From Squalus acanthias (Eukaryota): 64,000 bases of DNA. The position numbers were made by a program, and so were the translations under genes. Each line of letters begins with the position of its first letter. Positions within the stretch are counted from its first letter, which is position 1. The notes under the pieces were generated by a model, which saw only the letters and a program-made list of their open reading frames with translations, was not told the origin of the DNA and did no database searches. The DNA is taken from positions 151,654,001 through 151,718,000 of the forward strand of contig CM059432.1 in assembly GCA_030390025.1 (NCBI GenBank), read 5' to 3'. Below are positions 1 to 13,837 of the stretch, piece after piece.

Positions 1-1700
1 CATATGCTTTATTAACCTGTCTTGCCACCTTCAAAGATTTGTGCACAAACGCCCCCAGGTCTCTCTTCTTGCACCCCCTTTAAAATTGTACCATTTAGTG
101 TGTATGGTCTCCCCTCATTCTTCCTGCCAAAATGTATTGCCTCACACTTCTCTGCATTGAATTTCATCTGCCATGTGTCTGCCCATTCCACCAGCCTGTC
201 TATATCTTCTTGAAGTCTATTACTATCTTCCTCACAGTTTACTACACTTCCAAGCTACGTGTCATCTGCAAAGTTTAAAATTGTGCCCAGTGCCTCCATG
301 CCATTAATGTATATCGTGAACAGCAGTGGTCCCAGTACTGAACCTTGGAACTCCACTGTATACCCACCTCCAGTCCAAAAAAACAGCCATTCACCACAAC
401 TCTGTTTTCTATTCCTTAGCCAATGTTGTATCAATGCTGCTACTGCCCCTTTTATCCAAAAATGTGCGGGTTAGGTTGATTTGGCTATGATAAATTGACC
501 GTTAGTGTTAGGGGGGGATTAAATATGTGGGGATAGGATGGGATATGTTAGGGGGAATTAAATACGTGGGGTTACGGGGGTAGGGTGGGATATGTGTACT
601 GTGGGGATTAAAGCAGGGACAGGGTACTGGATTTGGATGATCAGCCATGATCGTATTGAATGGCGGAGCAAGCTCGACGGGCCGAATGGCCTACTCCTGC
701 TCCTAGATTCTATGTTTCTATGTTTCTATCCTATGGGCTTTAATTTTGCTAACAAGCCGAGTATCTGGTACTTTATCAAATGCCTTTTGAAAGTCCATAT
801 ACACACAAACTGCACTGCCCTCATCCACCCTCTCTGTTACCTCATCAAAAAACTCAAATCAAGTTAGTCAAATACGATTTACCTTTAACAAATCCATGCT
901 GGCTCTCCTTTATTAGTCCATGCTTGTCCAAGTGGCTGTTAATTTTCTCCTGGATTATTGTTTCTAAAAGCTTCCCCACCACCGACGTTAAACTGACTGG
1001 CCTGTAATTGCCGGGTTTATCCTTCTCCCATTTTTTTGAACAACATTTACAATCCTCCAGGCCTTTGACACCACCCCAGTATCTAAGGAGGATTGGAAGA
1101 TTGTGGCCAGCACCTCCGCAATTGCTACCCTGACTTCCCTCACTAACCTAGGATGCATCCCATTCGGACCAGGTGATTTATCCACTTTAATTACTGTCAG
1201 CCTTTTCAGTACCTCCTTTTTATCTATTTTTACCTCATCCAGTATCCCAGGAACCTCCTCGATTACAAAGTCCTCTTGGTAAACACCGATGCAAAGTACT
1301 CATTTAGTACCTCAGCCACGCCTTCTGCCTCCAATGATAGTTCTCCATTTTGGCCCCTATTCGGCCCCACCACTTGCCTGACAACTCTTGTACTGTTAAT
1401 ATGCCTATAGGAGACTTGTGAATTCCCCTTTGTTAGCTGCCAATCTATTCTCGTACTGTCTCTTTGCCCCCCTTAATTCCTTTTTCACTTCTCTTCTGTA
1501 CTTTTTATATTCAGTCTGATTCTCCCTTGTATTATCAAGCTGACATCTGTCATGTGCCCCTTTTTCTGCTTCATCCTACTCTCCAACTCCTTTGTTATCC
1601 TGGGAGCTCTGGCTTTGCTTGCCCTCCCTTTCCCCCTTGTAGGAATGTACCTTGACTGCACCCGAACCACCTCCTCTTTAAAGGTGCCCATTACTCCACT
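1..1700 (-). mobile_element. Decayed CR1 LINE ORF2 fragments (RT and linker region), interrupted by a SINE
   Basis: Minus ORFs MDKSPGPNGMHPRLVREV... and ...RYIPTRGKGRASKARAPRITKELE... resemble the CR1 ORF2 copies elsewhere in the window; many stops and deletions. Confidence 0.85.
455..730 (+). mobile_element. 5'-truncated HE1/V-SINE-type SINE with a CR1-derived 3' tail
   Basis: Nearly identical to about 25405-25679 (tccaaaaatgtgcgggttaggttgatt...ttctatgtttctat); short tatcc duplication at the ends. Confidence 0.85.
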
Positions 1701-1999
1701 ATAAAAAATGCCGAATTGTGATGGCCTGTTTCTATAATGTTTTGATGCATGCCTCACTGCCAGTTTCAGGTGGTGGTAGTCTTCAGAAACTTTTGATATT
1801 TGGAAATTCATCCACAATTTTTTCTTGTTGCACACTTCTTACCTTGGTGTTACTTAATCACAGAAATATTCTTTATACATTTCCATAATAACTTTTTGAC
1901 ATGGCCAGAAAAATATGGGCATAACAGTTTTTAAGAATGCACATTGCATGTATGTTTTTTCTTGTCTTCTTTACTGTTAGTTTGCTCCTCATAGTATTC

Positions 2000-2330
2000 C
2001 TTCATCTCCTGAGCAGCTGGCCTTCATTACCTCACTGCTGATATTATTTGTGGTTGTGTCCTGACGTTGAGTATTGGTTAGCTTTTCATCTGCCACGGCA
2101 TCACAGTCCAGTCTAATTCTGTCCTTGGCAGATGTTCGTACTGTGCATTTGCAGCAGGGATTGTTGCATAATGATAAAAATCAAGAGATCTGGGTTTTTT
2201 TTTTGTCCCTAACCAAGGAACACTGAGCCCAATTGTCCTGCTCTCCTTCCACCCCAGCTAAAATAGAATAACTCAACATAGATCAAGGAGTGACTGGTAA
2301 CTTGCTTGGTGTTTATCTTTCAGAATCTGC
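2000..2330 (-). mobile_element. Very old SINE-like interspersed repeat
   Basis: Weak similarity to 59560-59700; resembles a recalled ancient vertebrate tRNA-derived SINE in reverse; heavily decayed. Confidence 0.3.
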
Positions 2331-2433
2331 TGTGATGTAGTTAGTTAGTCATATTGCATTAATGTCTGATCATAAACTACTTTTTCCATCCCCCCCCACC
2401 AATATGCTAATAGTTTTCACTGCACCTCCACAG

Positions 2434-2531
2434 GTAAGAGATACAGCCATGAACGCTATGGTGGAAATTTATCGTCATGTTGGGGAGAAAGTACGGGCTG
2501 ACCTCAGCAAAAAGGGAGTTCCACAAGCACG
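2434..2531 (+). CDS. CLASP2: CLASP2 internal coding exon (end of TOG1): VRDTAMNAMVEIYRHVGEKVRADLSKKGVPQA(R)
   Basis: Acceptor ctccacag| and donor CG|gtaagt; 98 nt, phase 0 to 2; translation matches the CLASP1/2 motif VRDAA..VEIYRHVGE(K/R)VR. Confidence 0.95.
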
Positions 2532-3786
2532 GTAAGTTACTTCATGACTTAATGATGAGCAACCATTTTATAGATGGTATGTTGTGTAGGTTCAATAGTT
2601 TTGCAGCATTGATTTGAGAACTTTGGTTGATTAACTTCATTGACATTTATTGGAACAGATTGCAATACTGTCATACGATAAGCGGTCACAATTTAAAGCT
2701 CTGAAACATGTAAAAATTTCATCTGTTAATAAATCTGACATATATTTACAAGCAATGCAAAATGTTGATACTTTGCTTGATTGCAATAGTTCAAGATATC
2801 TTAGAAACACATTATGCTTTATTATTAGCATCATCTTGACTTTCTTAAGGTAGTTCAGGCAAGTGCAAAAGCATTCCATCTGAAATGGTATAAAGTTCAA
2901 ACCCATTAATTGATGTAATGTCCTTTCAGGATTTGAGCTGGAAAGATCTTGATTGAAGATATTATGATATAACAAACAATTTTAATTTAATGTATTAAAA
3001 AAAAAAAATTAAAAAGGAAACTCAAATAAGACCCTTAAGTTACGGTACATTGGAGTGGATTCAATGAGGGTTATATTAAAGAAGAGAAAATGGGCAAAAC
3101 CAAGCTGTTGCAGAAACCTTATCCATAATAATTTGAGCTGAAAGTTCCTCAGCTTCTTGGTCTTGATCGCTACTAATAACTCTAATTTAGTCAAACTGCA
3201 CTTGGAGATCCATCTGTTTACCCTTTACACATGTTTGGATGAACCTTTCTTTCATCCTGGGGAAATTTCTCGTATTCCATTCTTTTTACTGAGATTATGC
3301 CAAAGTCATAGTTTTCCTAGAATCCCATGTTGCATGAAGTGTTCTCCCACAGATCAGTTCCTAGTTTTTGTTCTCTTCCCATCATTGACAGCTGTGTTAG
3401 CGGTTGCTGTTCCATTTAAGAGGAAGTGCTTTTTTATATTCTGCATCAGAATTGGTAGAATCCAAGTTGTGAAGTTTTAACTGAATGCAGAATCATCTTT
3501 TGAAGAATGATTATTATTCAGATTAGAAGCATGTGCCCACATCATAATCTAAAATACCACGTTCTGTTGCTGGTTTCACTTGACACACTTCCGCCCATCT
3601 TCCATCCAAGTTATGGCAGACGATCAGGAGATGCCCCGCAGAAATTACCGACACCTGAGTTTAGAAGGTCAACGTGGTTTTGTGCATTTTGCTTCATTGC
3701 CCTCCGGGGTTGAAGAAGAATTTCCCACTAATGTTTTTTTCTAAGTTAGACTATTTTTTTTTTGCCTCTCCCAGTAGATTGTATGA

Positions 3787-4917
3787 CTAGAAACCACACA
3801 GCAGGTCAGTCAGCCTATCTGGAGAGAAAGAACAGGTTACAATGTTAGAGGTGTGTACTCTTAACGCACTGTCTTTTCTTTGGAGCTATAGTTAAGGTCT
3901 TAAGTTATTAAAATCAATATTACGGCCAGAGGGCAGCAAAGTGCCTAGTAGAAAGATATGGCTGTTCCTCGAGCATCTAGAAGACCAAAGACAGAGAGGT
4001 CAGTGTGGGAATGGAATGAAGAATTGAAGTGGCAAGGAACAGGGACCTCAGGCTTCCACTCCCAGACAGAACTAGGTGTTTAGCATTTGGTTACCGAATC
4101 TGCTGAACACCTTTGTTCTGTCCACAAGTGCAACCCCAAAGTCCCTGTTGCTTGCTACTTCAATTCTCTGTCCCACTCTGGCCACTCTCTTTGGATTTCT
4201 ACACTGTTTCAACGAAGCTCAATGCAAGCTCGAGGAACTGCACCTTATCTTTCTGCTAGGAACTCTGCAGCCCTATTCACTTAATATTGACTGTAGCAAA
4301 TAAGACCATAACTACAGCTCCCTCTTTTCCTCTGGGAGGAAGTGCTGGGAATGTGGAAAGGGTATGCTGGCGTTTCCGAGAATAGAGGGAAGGAGCGGGT
4401 TCGTGCAGTGGGCTTCCCTGCCTTGGTTCAAACACTGTGCTGACGAGGTGGTTTACAACCTTGGTTTTGACTGGCTTTTTTTTCCTTCTACTAGGCTCCT
4501 GGGCCATTACACCCAGCCTTGCTTTGCCAATTGTTCACACTTGCCTTTCCACATACCTATCCCCCACCCTTTTAGCTATTCACACACTCTGTCTCATATA
4601 TATATTTTTTTATTTTTTATTTCTCTCATTAGCATGAGACAGTCGGGAGGCATATTATCAGTTCTACCATTTAACCATCTCATGGTCCACATTTAAGGAC
4701 TGCACAGGTCATTCCATTTCTTTTCCTGTGTGAGGTTGTGTTGTCTTTTTTTTTACCCTTTCCCAGATGCTGTACATTTGTAATATCTTACAATTCTCAT
4801 TAAGGGTCCATACCTGAAACATCATCTGTTCTCTCCACAGATGTTCCCTGACTTGCTTAGCATTTCCAGTATTTTGTTTTTGTTTCAGATTTCCAACATC
4901 TGCAGTATTTTACTCGT
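3787..4917. mobile_element. Decayed inverted Penelope-like element (family B): minus arm about 3787-4090, plus arm about 4090-4917
   Basis: GIY-YIG C-terminal remnants on both strands meet near 4090 (plus arm AEHLCSVH..PVACYFN..HCFNEAQCKLEELHLIF.LGTLQP); both outer ends resemble the family-B 3' end (ctccacagatg..gacttgct..atttccag). Confidence 0.65.
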
Positions 4918-4934
4918 ACGGCCTTCTTTTACCA

Positions 4935-5425
4935 GCATAAGGGTTTAAATAAATATCAAAATAACATTTTTTAAATCATTTTAACTTTCAAAAACCTGTA
5001 AAATAAGTTTATTTTTGGCCCCTTGAAAAATGTTTAAATTTATTTTTCAAACAATTACATTTTTGTTTTAAATGTTTAATTAAATTGTATTTTAATTAAT
5101 TTAAACATGTAATTTTTTAAATTTCAGTGTTAAAATGTATTTTTTGGGTGATTCCTATTAAGCTTATGGGGATTCTGTACGTAAATGGAATCCCCATAAG
5201 CATAATGGGGATCCCCTTTCTGATTGGTTGGGCCGGCCCACGTGATCCCAGGTACGCTTGCGAACTGCATGTGCCCCAAGGATACGTGGGCCTTTACGCA
5301 TGCGAACGCATAGAGGCCCAGGAGGGCCAGTCACCGTGGATCCAGGACCATCAGGTAGGTTTGTAGTTTGATTGCGGTTCAGAGACAGATGCCCGCGGGA
5401 AGCCTCCGACCGCAAATTCAGGCCC
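4935..5425. mobile_element. Probable non-autonomous DNA transposon fragment (one end)
   Basis: CpG-rich segment ending in a TIR-like cgcaaattcaggccc; no matching left end found. Confidence 0.3.
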
Positions 5426-5984
5426 TTTGTGTTTCCTGTACGAGTTCACCTGAAGCTCTCTGAACGCCAACATTTAATAGTTTCTGACCTTTCTCCAGCG
5501 ATCCTTACTAGAATTGACTGCATTGATATTGGGCAAGGCTGTCAATCGAATAGCCGGATGGCACCCATTCATGTGTAACGTCTCCTACCATAATAACGGT
5601 CATATGAACAAGGTACCAGGCGATGCCCAGTATGTGTGGAATTGTATCCCAGTAAAGCGCCCATGCTTTTGGGAGCAGAGAAAATTGGCAAAGAAAACAT
5701 TATCTTTCTGTGTGGTAATTATTGGCTATGGTATCTGCTGATAGAAGTGAAATTGAAAGTTCTAATAAATTGTTTTTTTTTCTTCAAGATACTTTAGTTT
5801 TAAGATTGGTTCAGGATTTTTCTGTAATAGAGTTGATTTTACTGTATTTGGTTTCTTACATGTAGCTATTTTTGGGAAGAAAGATTTTGAACAAAATTAA
5901 ACGGTTTTTCAGTTCTGAATCATTTTAGTCTGTTTGACTCGGTTCAGTTCCTTTAAATTCACAATGAAATCATTTTCTGTAAAT

Positions 5985-6775
5985 AGGTGTTTAGTGTGCA
6001 GATGGAGTTCATTGAGGGGAAGTGTGAGGTCATCCACATTGGATCCAAGAAAGACAAATAAAAATATGTTCTTGATGGTGAAAGACTAAGTGCTATGAAA
6101 GAGTAAATGGATTGGGTGTGTGGGTACACAAGTCACTAAAAGCTAGTGCACATGTACAAAAAGTAATCAGAAAGGCTAATGAAATGTGGGCTTTTATCTC
6201 AAAGGAGCTGGAATACAAGGGGGAAGAAGTTTTGCTTCAGTTGTACAGAGCCTTGGTCAGACCCCAGCTCACATACTGCATTCAGTTTTGGGCACCGCAC
6301 CTCATAAAGGATGGATTGGCCTTGGACGGGGTGCAGCACAGATTCACCAGAATTATAACCGGGCTTAAAGGGTTAAATTTTTGAGGACAGTTTCCTTGAG
6401 TTTAGAAGGTTGAGGGACTGTTCTAATTGTGGTTTTTAAAATGATAAAATGATTCGATAGGATAGATACAGAGGAACTATTTCCTCTGATGGGGGAATCC
6501 AGAACAAGGGGGGGGAACAGTCTTAAAATTAATGCTAGGCCATTCAGGAGTGAAATCATGAAGGACTTGTACACACAAAGGGTAGTGGAAATCTGGAATT
6601 CTTGCCCCCAAAAGGCTTTGGATGTTGGGTCAATTGAAATTTTCAACACTGAGAGTGACATTTTTATTGGGTCCAGGTATCAAAGGCGGGTAAATGGATT
6701 TGTGGTTCGTGATCTAATTGAATGGCTGTACGGGCTTCAGAGGCTGAATGGGCTACTCTGGTTCCTATGTTTTCA
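5985..6775 (+). mobile_element. CR1 LINE 3' fragment
   Basis: ORFs ...LLQLYRALVRPQLTYCIQFWAPHL and GESRTRG.SLKI..RPFRSEI followed by a CR1 3' tail. Confidence 0.9.
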
Positions 6776-9700
6776 ATGCAGATTTTTAAAGCAGTGGTTT
6801 TGCACTGTTTTGGTCGAGATAGATCTTTCAAATCAAATGCTTCCTGATAGCATTTTGTTTGACATATGGAGAAATTGAATTGGAAGTGTAAAGAACAGAC
6901 TGGTTCAGGATCTGCTGGTATTCGGTTCTTGGGACTTTTACAAGGGCTTGACTCGTATTAAAATGTTAAAGTTATGCAGCAGCTAGTCATTAGAAGTTTA
7001 CAGTCAGCTCCCACAATTGTGCATCTTTTTGTGAGATATTTTCCATGGTATTCTGTGAAAATATTGTGCAAATTTTACTCCATCTTTTCAAATTCTTAGT
7101 TAGTGGTCACAACTGCATCAGGTTTGAACAGTTTTTGATGTGTTTGTGGGCATTTACAGTTGTATATGGGCATAACTCACACCAGCAATGAAGCACAATG
7201 CTAGCAGTTACAGCATTTGTTTTGACTTTTCATTCCAGGTCAGACTGGACGTGTAATCAAGAGGGAGGTTCCCTGATACTCTGGCAAAATATGTTGTTAA
7301 CCTATTTTATGCTGTGCTCTGGTCCTATGTTGTTGGCCTCAGCAAGTATGAATAATCAGGGGCAAATGGCCTCCATCAGAGCGGAATAGTTTGGGTTGGA
7401 TATGCTGTCTTCCAAGGCAACAGGTTTCTTTTCTGTTTTTTCTGAAGGTGAACTTGCCAGCAGGTTGGCATTAAGCCTTGCATATTTATGATGGGTCCTA
7501 TTCACCAAGCACCACAGCATTGGCACTCTCTGCAGCTCCCTTCAACTGCAAAGCGATATTGAAGATCTTATGGGATCCGCCTCCTTCCCCAGGAAGATAT
7601 GAGCACCACAGCTAACCAGAATGACAAGAGTGTATGTCTTGTAGAGTTAACACTCAATTCAGCAACTCCCAGTTAAAGTAGCTTCCCGTGACTCTGAGGA
7701 TAAGGAGTCTCTCGTCCAGCCTTTCTTGCAGCTTCTATTGTAAGGAAATTGCCACACAGACTATCCCTACTGGGAAACCAAGAGGATGATAACTGAGGTA
7801 TCGGCTTTCACTGACCAGCTTCCCCAACAGTTGCATTTCAAGTGTTCAAGTTGAAGTGCTTTTCTCGCATCTATCTGTGTAGTGCCTTGTGACGTTCTTT
7901 ACAATAAAGGTGCTATATAATGGTGGGGGTTCTTCAATCCCAATTACAAAGCATTCAACGAGGAGGCTTATCCTCTATAACCTGATCTGGAATCAAAGTG
8001 GCTGGATTTATGGGAGAGGCTTCTGTGCCACTAAATTCACTGGCCTGGGTTTTCTTACCAATTGGTGCCCATCCTATGGCAAGGACCCCTCTAGCCTTTT
8101 GAGGGTATAGTACCTACATTGTTTGGGAACCTCCTCCAGATGGCATTGCTGCAGCAGGGTCGATTGCCCAGGGAACTGCAGCAGCAACTGTTATAGCTGC
8201 TCTTTGATTAAAAATACCAAAAGTAGAACTTTTTGGCCACTCTTGGATTGGCAGCAGGTAGTGGGGGTAGACAGAACCTTCTTTTGTGGGTCTGGGTGCT
8301 CTGTCCACAGTAGCCCTTTTTGGCTTCAGCCAGAGTGCTCGGCTAGCGTACTATCATGGGGCCTGTCATAATCAACCACGTTCTGGATCGTTGAGTATTT
8401 CTCACTGCAAGGACCAGGTCCAGCTTTACCCTTTCAAGAATAGTTCCTTCCTTCCCAAAAGTAAATGTACCTTGTGTTTGAAGCTTTTGGTATGCATGAT
8501 GTGATATACCTGCTGGGAAATACAATACTTTTGGCTCTAGTTTCAGCATGCAGATATACTGAGATGCAGGTACTGACTATCAGTCATATTGACATATTGG
8601 TCATGCAGTACATCGGAAATATGCAAATTTCCTGCCAAAAGCTGTCCATATTTGCCAAGATTGTCATTAAGCAGAGGTTTGCCATCTGGCTTGTGCAGTG
8701 TATTTTGCATTGCTACCACCTGGCTGGCAGGAAATCTATAGGGTCAGTAAATGTAATGTGACCCATTTCTTAGTTGCATCCGAGTAACCCTTGAAATGGG
8801 TGTCCATCAATAACCTCTGCGGAGCAGTGACCTGGCGTAATCCACATACTTTTACTGTATGTTATTGTTTGGACTTCGAATGCATAAAGGCACAAAGTCT
8901 CTCAGATGGAATCTCTACTCTCTCAAAGGCCTCCCTGTTTCTGTCCCTGACGTACTGCTAGGTTGATCTCCAGTGACATGATATTTAGGAGAACCAAAAA
9001 TAACCTGCTGTGTAGGGTTGTTTTTCTTCTAATGAGTATCCTTCACATGCTGCATCCACTCAGCTGTTCTTTGTGGTTTTGCAGCAAGTACGAATAATTG
9101 GTATGCTTTCCTTTGTAGATATGGTTTGAGGCAAATGATACAAAGATCCAGGGCAAGGCAAGCAATTTTAAGCTGGCAAGGAGCAGAGTTGCTCTTTCGG
9201 GGATGACTGTGACATCCCATGCAGAGACACCTTCAAATTCAGTTACTTGGAGGAGCACGCTTCCAGCTGTAAATAACAAAAAACAAATGAGACTTACACG
9301 TTGAAATGCAATTCCTGTTTCCTTATTGGAGAGATGTGTATTTGAAGTAGTGGTTAAGTCAGTAATTTCATGATTTGTTTCCTTAGGCAAGTTTCTATGT
9401 AGCAAGAGACACTGAAATCAGTCATCCATGTGACTGAGTTTGGTTAGTGTTCAGTCATAAGTTCAGTTGAGAGGTCTTGTGAAAAAGAAGCAGACACTAT
9501 TTGGTGGGAAAACAAAGGTCCATCGTGGCTGAAAACCAGGCATTTTACTTCCCATTGCATTAGTAATTGAAGAGCTAGTGAATTCTGATTCATAATCAGT
9601 GGCCTGCAGCTAAGAGGGTTGCTTTGAAGGGTTCTATTCATACCTTTCAAGTTATAGTTCAACTATTTTTTAATATTCTAGTGAGTGGTACGTGTGATGA

Positions 9701-9790
9701 ATATTTTTAGGCAGTTGGTAAGGTCTTTTATAGCTGCTTTTAAAATCTTTTCTTCACCCTCCCCCCCCCTCCCCCCGTGCCAATTGTGTC

Positions 9791-11785
9791 ACATAGAAAC
9801 ATAGAAAAATAGGAGCAGGAGTAGGCCATTCGGCCCTTTGAGCCTGCTCCGCCATTCAATAAGATCATGGCTGATCCTCTATCTCAATACCATATTCCCG
9901 CTCTCTCCCCATACCCCTTGATCCCTTTTACGTCTAGAAATCTATCTATCTCCTTCTTAAATATATTCAGTGACTTGCCCTCCACAGCCTTCTGTGGTAT
10001 TGAATTCCACAGGTTCATCATTCTCGGAGTGAAGAAATTTCTCCTCATCTCAGTCCTAAATGTCCTACCCCGTATCCTGAGACTGTGACCCCTCGTTCTA
10101 GACCCCCCCCCCAGCCAAGGGAAACATCCTCCCTGCATCCAGTCTGTCTAGCCCTGTCAGAATTTTATACGTTTCAATGAGATCCCCTCTCATTCTTCTA
10201 AACTCTAGTGAATACAGGCCTAGTCGACCCAATCTCTCCTCATACGACAGTCCTGCCATCCCAGGAATCAGTCTGGTGAACCTTTGCTGCACTCCCTCTA
10301 TGGCAAGTATATCCTTTCTTAGGTAAGGAAACCAAAACTGCACACAGTACTCCAGGTGTGGTCTCACCAAGGCTCTGTATAACTGTAGTAAGACATCCTT
10401 GCTCCTGTACTCAAATCCTGTTGCAATGAAGGCCAACATACCATTTGCCTTCCTAACTGCTTGCTGCACCTGCATGTTTGCTTTCAGTGACTGGTGTGCA
10501 AGGACACCCAGGTCCCTTTGTACCTCAACATTTCCCAATCTATCACCATTTAAATAATACTCTACCTTTCTGTTTTTCCTACCGAAGTGGATAACTTCAC
10601 ATTTATCCACGTTATACTGCATCTGCCATGTATTTGCCCACTTACTCAACTTGTCTAAATCGCCTTGAAGTCTCTTTGCATCCTCCTCACAACTCACGAT
10701 CCCACCTAGTTTCGTGTCGTCAGCAAACTTGGAAATATTACATTTGGTTCCCTCATCCAAATCATTGATATATATTGTGAATCGCTGGGGCCCAAGCGCT
10801 GATCCCGGCGGTACCCCACTAGTCACCGCCTGCCACCCCAAAAAAGACCCATTTATTCTTTCTCTCTGTTTCCTGTCTGTTAACCAATTTTCAATCCATG
10901 CCAGTATATTACCCCCAATCCCATGTGCTTTAATTTTGCACACTAACCTCTTATGTGGGACTTTATCAAAGGCCTTCTGAAAATCCAAATACACCACATC
11001 CACTGGTTCTCCCTTATCTATTCTACCAGTTACATCCTCAAAAAACTCCAGTAGGTTTGTCAAACACGATTTCCCTTTCATAAATCCATGTGACTTTGTC
11101 TAATCCCGTTGATATTTTCTAAGTGTCCTGTTATCACATCCTTTATAATAGACTCTAGCATTTTCCCTATTACTGATGTTAGGCTAACTGGTCTGTAGTT
11201 CCCTGTTTTCTCTCTCCCATTTTTTTAAATAGTGGGGTTACATTTGCCACCCTCCAATCTGCAGGAACTGTTCCATAATCTATAGAATTTTTGAAGATGA
11301 CAACCAATGCATCCACTATTTCCATGGCTACCTCTTCTAGTACTCTGGGATGCAGATGATCAGGTCCTGGGGATTTATCGGCTTTCAGTCCCATTAATTT
11401 CTCCAGCACTATTTTTACTAATACTAATTTCCTTTAATTCCGCCTTCTCACTAGACCCTTGGTTCCTTAGCATTTCTGGGAAGTTATTTGTGTCCTCTTC
11501 CGTGAAGACAGAACCAAAGTATTTGTTTAATTGCTCAGCCATTTCCTTGTTCCCCATTATAAATTCTCCCGTTTCTGACTAAGGGACCCACATTTGTCTT
11601 CACTAATCTTTTTCTTTTTACATACTTGTAGAAGCTTTTACAGTCGGCTTTTATGTTCCTTGTAAGTTTGCTCTCATACTCTATTTTTCCCCTCTTAATC
11701 AATCTCTTGGTCCTTTTTTGCTGAATTCTAAACTGCTCCCAATCCTCAGGCTTGCTACTTTTTCTGGCAACTTTATATGACTCCT
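9791..11785 (-). mobile_element. CR1 LINE, 5'-truncated (RT domain and 3' tail)
   Basis: ORF 10098-11081 contains [11 protein letters not shown] and SKFADDTK; tail (ttctatgt)n at 9791; same subfamily as 30122-33260. Confidence 0.95.
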
Positions 11786-12627
11786 TTTGTAGTTTTGACC
11801 TTCAGTGATGGTTTAACCTGATAGTTTCATTCGGCCTTGAGTTTACATGTTTGAACCCTAGTCCTTGGCCTTTTCAATAATGTATCCCTAATACAGTTAT
11901 CAGTGGGATAAGATTGAACTGATAGCCTTTCCCCATTGAAATGGTATCCCATAGTCACCTACAATGTGCAGGAAGAAGAAAGTAAAAATTGAAGGAACAC
12001 CTGTAAAATCAGGGAAACAGGATTTGAAATTGAAAATGAAAAGCATTGAATAATTAAGTTGAGAGACACTGCAGTTTCTAAATCTGTTAAATGCTTCCTC
12101 TTGTATTTTTCAGCCTGGTGCATTTCTGATTGGTAAGGGATTAGGGTAAAATAGTGGTGATGTGTTCCTTTGATCTGAATGCTCTACAAAATAAATTTTT
12201 TATTGGCTTTAGTGTATTTTGCTAACTTCCATGTATGTGAGGTAACATTTGTTGTTCGCGTCCTGATCTGGGTCTTTAAAAAAAAAAAAAATATTTCTTA
12301 TCTCTTTCCCTTAGATCAGAAATTTGTCCTATTTCATTTTTAGTGTTTCAGTGAAGTTGCTGATTTACAACACTTGGTGGCAGTGCATTGCATAAATTGA
12401 CATTGTGGAGAAATTCCTTCTGCTGAGTTTAGCTCATTTTTTTCCAGTGATTTTAGCTGGTTTTGCACATACTTTTGTTCTTTCTGATCAATTTCTTTCT
12501 TGATTTTAAAAACCTGAATATACCTTTTAATTCAATTGGTGTAGACTTCCTCACATGCATGTGGCTTAATGATCTAAACCTCGTAATCAGTTTTGTTGCT
12601 CTTTCCACTGGCTCTATCTAGAGATAC

Positions 12628-13635
12628 TGAATTGAACAGTATTTTGCATCGGTCTTCACTATGGAGGATACAAGTAACATCCCAGAAATAGCTGTAAATC
12701 AGGAAATGGAAGGGAGGGAGGAACTCAAGAAAATTATAATCACCAGGGAAGTGGCACTGAGCAAATTGTTGGAGCTGCGGGCTGACAAGTCCCCGGGTCC
12801 TGATGGACTTCATCCTAGGGTCTTAAAAGAAGTGGCTAGTGAGATAGTTGATGCATTGGTTTTAATTTTCCAAAATTCCCTAGATTCGGGGAAGGTTCTA
12901 TTAGATTGGAAAATAGCGAATGTAACTCCTTTATTCAGAACGGGAGGGAGACAGAAAGCAGGAAACTACAGGCCAGTTAGCTTAACATCTGTCATAGGGA
13001 AGATGTTGGAAGCTGTTATTAAAGATGTTATAGCAGGGTATTTAGAAAAGTTCAAAGTAATCAGGCAGAGTCAACATGGTTTTGTGCAAGGGAAATCATG
13101 TTTAACCAATTTATTGGAGTTCTTTGAGAAAGTAACATGTGCTGTGGATAAAGGGGAACCCGTGGATGTACTGTACTTAGATTTCCAGAAGGCATTTGAT
13201 AAGGTGCTACATCAAAGGTTATTGCGGAAAATAAAAGCTCACGGTGTAGGGGGTAACATATTGGCATGGATAGAAGATTGGCTAGCTAACAGGAAACAGA
13301 GTAGGCATAAATGGGTCATTTTCTGATTGGCAAGATGTAACGAGTGGTGTGCCACAGGGATCAGTGCTGGGGCCTCAACTTTTTCCAATTTGTATAAATG
13401 ACTTGGTTGAAGGGACCGAAGGTATGGTTGCTAAATTTGCTGATGACACAAAGATAGGTAGGAAAGTAAATTGTGAAGAGGACATAAGGAGGCTACAAAG
13501 GGATATTGATAAGTTAAGTGAGTGGGCAAAGATCTGGCAAATGGAGTATAATGTGGGAAAATGTGAAGTTGTCCATTTTGGCAGGAAGAATAAAAAAAGA
13601 AGCATATTATCCAAATGGTGAGAGATTGCAGGGCG
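12628..13635 (+). mobile_element. CR1 LINE internal RT fragment, ending about 130 bp upstream of the CLASP2 exon
   Basis: ORFs 12661-13326 and 13349-13621 ([23 protein letters not shown]). Confidence 0.95.
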
Positions 13636-13766
13636 TGGCTTATTTTCTCTTTAAACTCCAACTACATCACAGCTGTTTGGTTCACTGAGGCTTCAATGTT
13701 AGTTCTATTAAATGTTGGGAGTTATTCTGTGCATGTGCTAATGTGATTTAAATTATCTGTTTTTAG

Positions 13767-13837
13767 ATTACAGGCACTGTTTGGAAAGTTTGATGAAGTG
13801 CAGAAGTCTGGGAACATGATTTTGAGTATCAGCCACG
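13767..13837 (+). CDS. CLASP2: CLASP2 internal coding exon: (R)LQALFGKFDEVQKSGNMILSISH(D)
   Basis: Acceptor tgtttttag| and donor CG|gtaagt; 71 nt, phase 2 to 1, in frame with 2434-2531; the spacing MILSxxxD fits CLASP2 (MILSVCKD) better than CLASP1 (MIQSAND). Confidence 0.93.
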
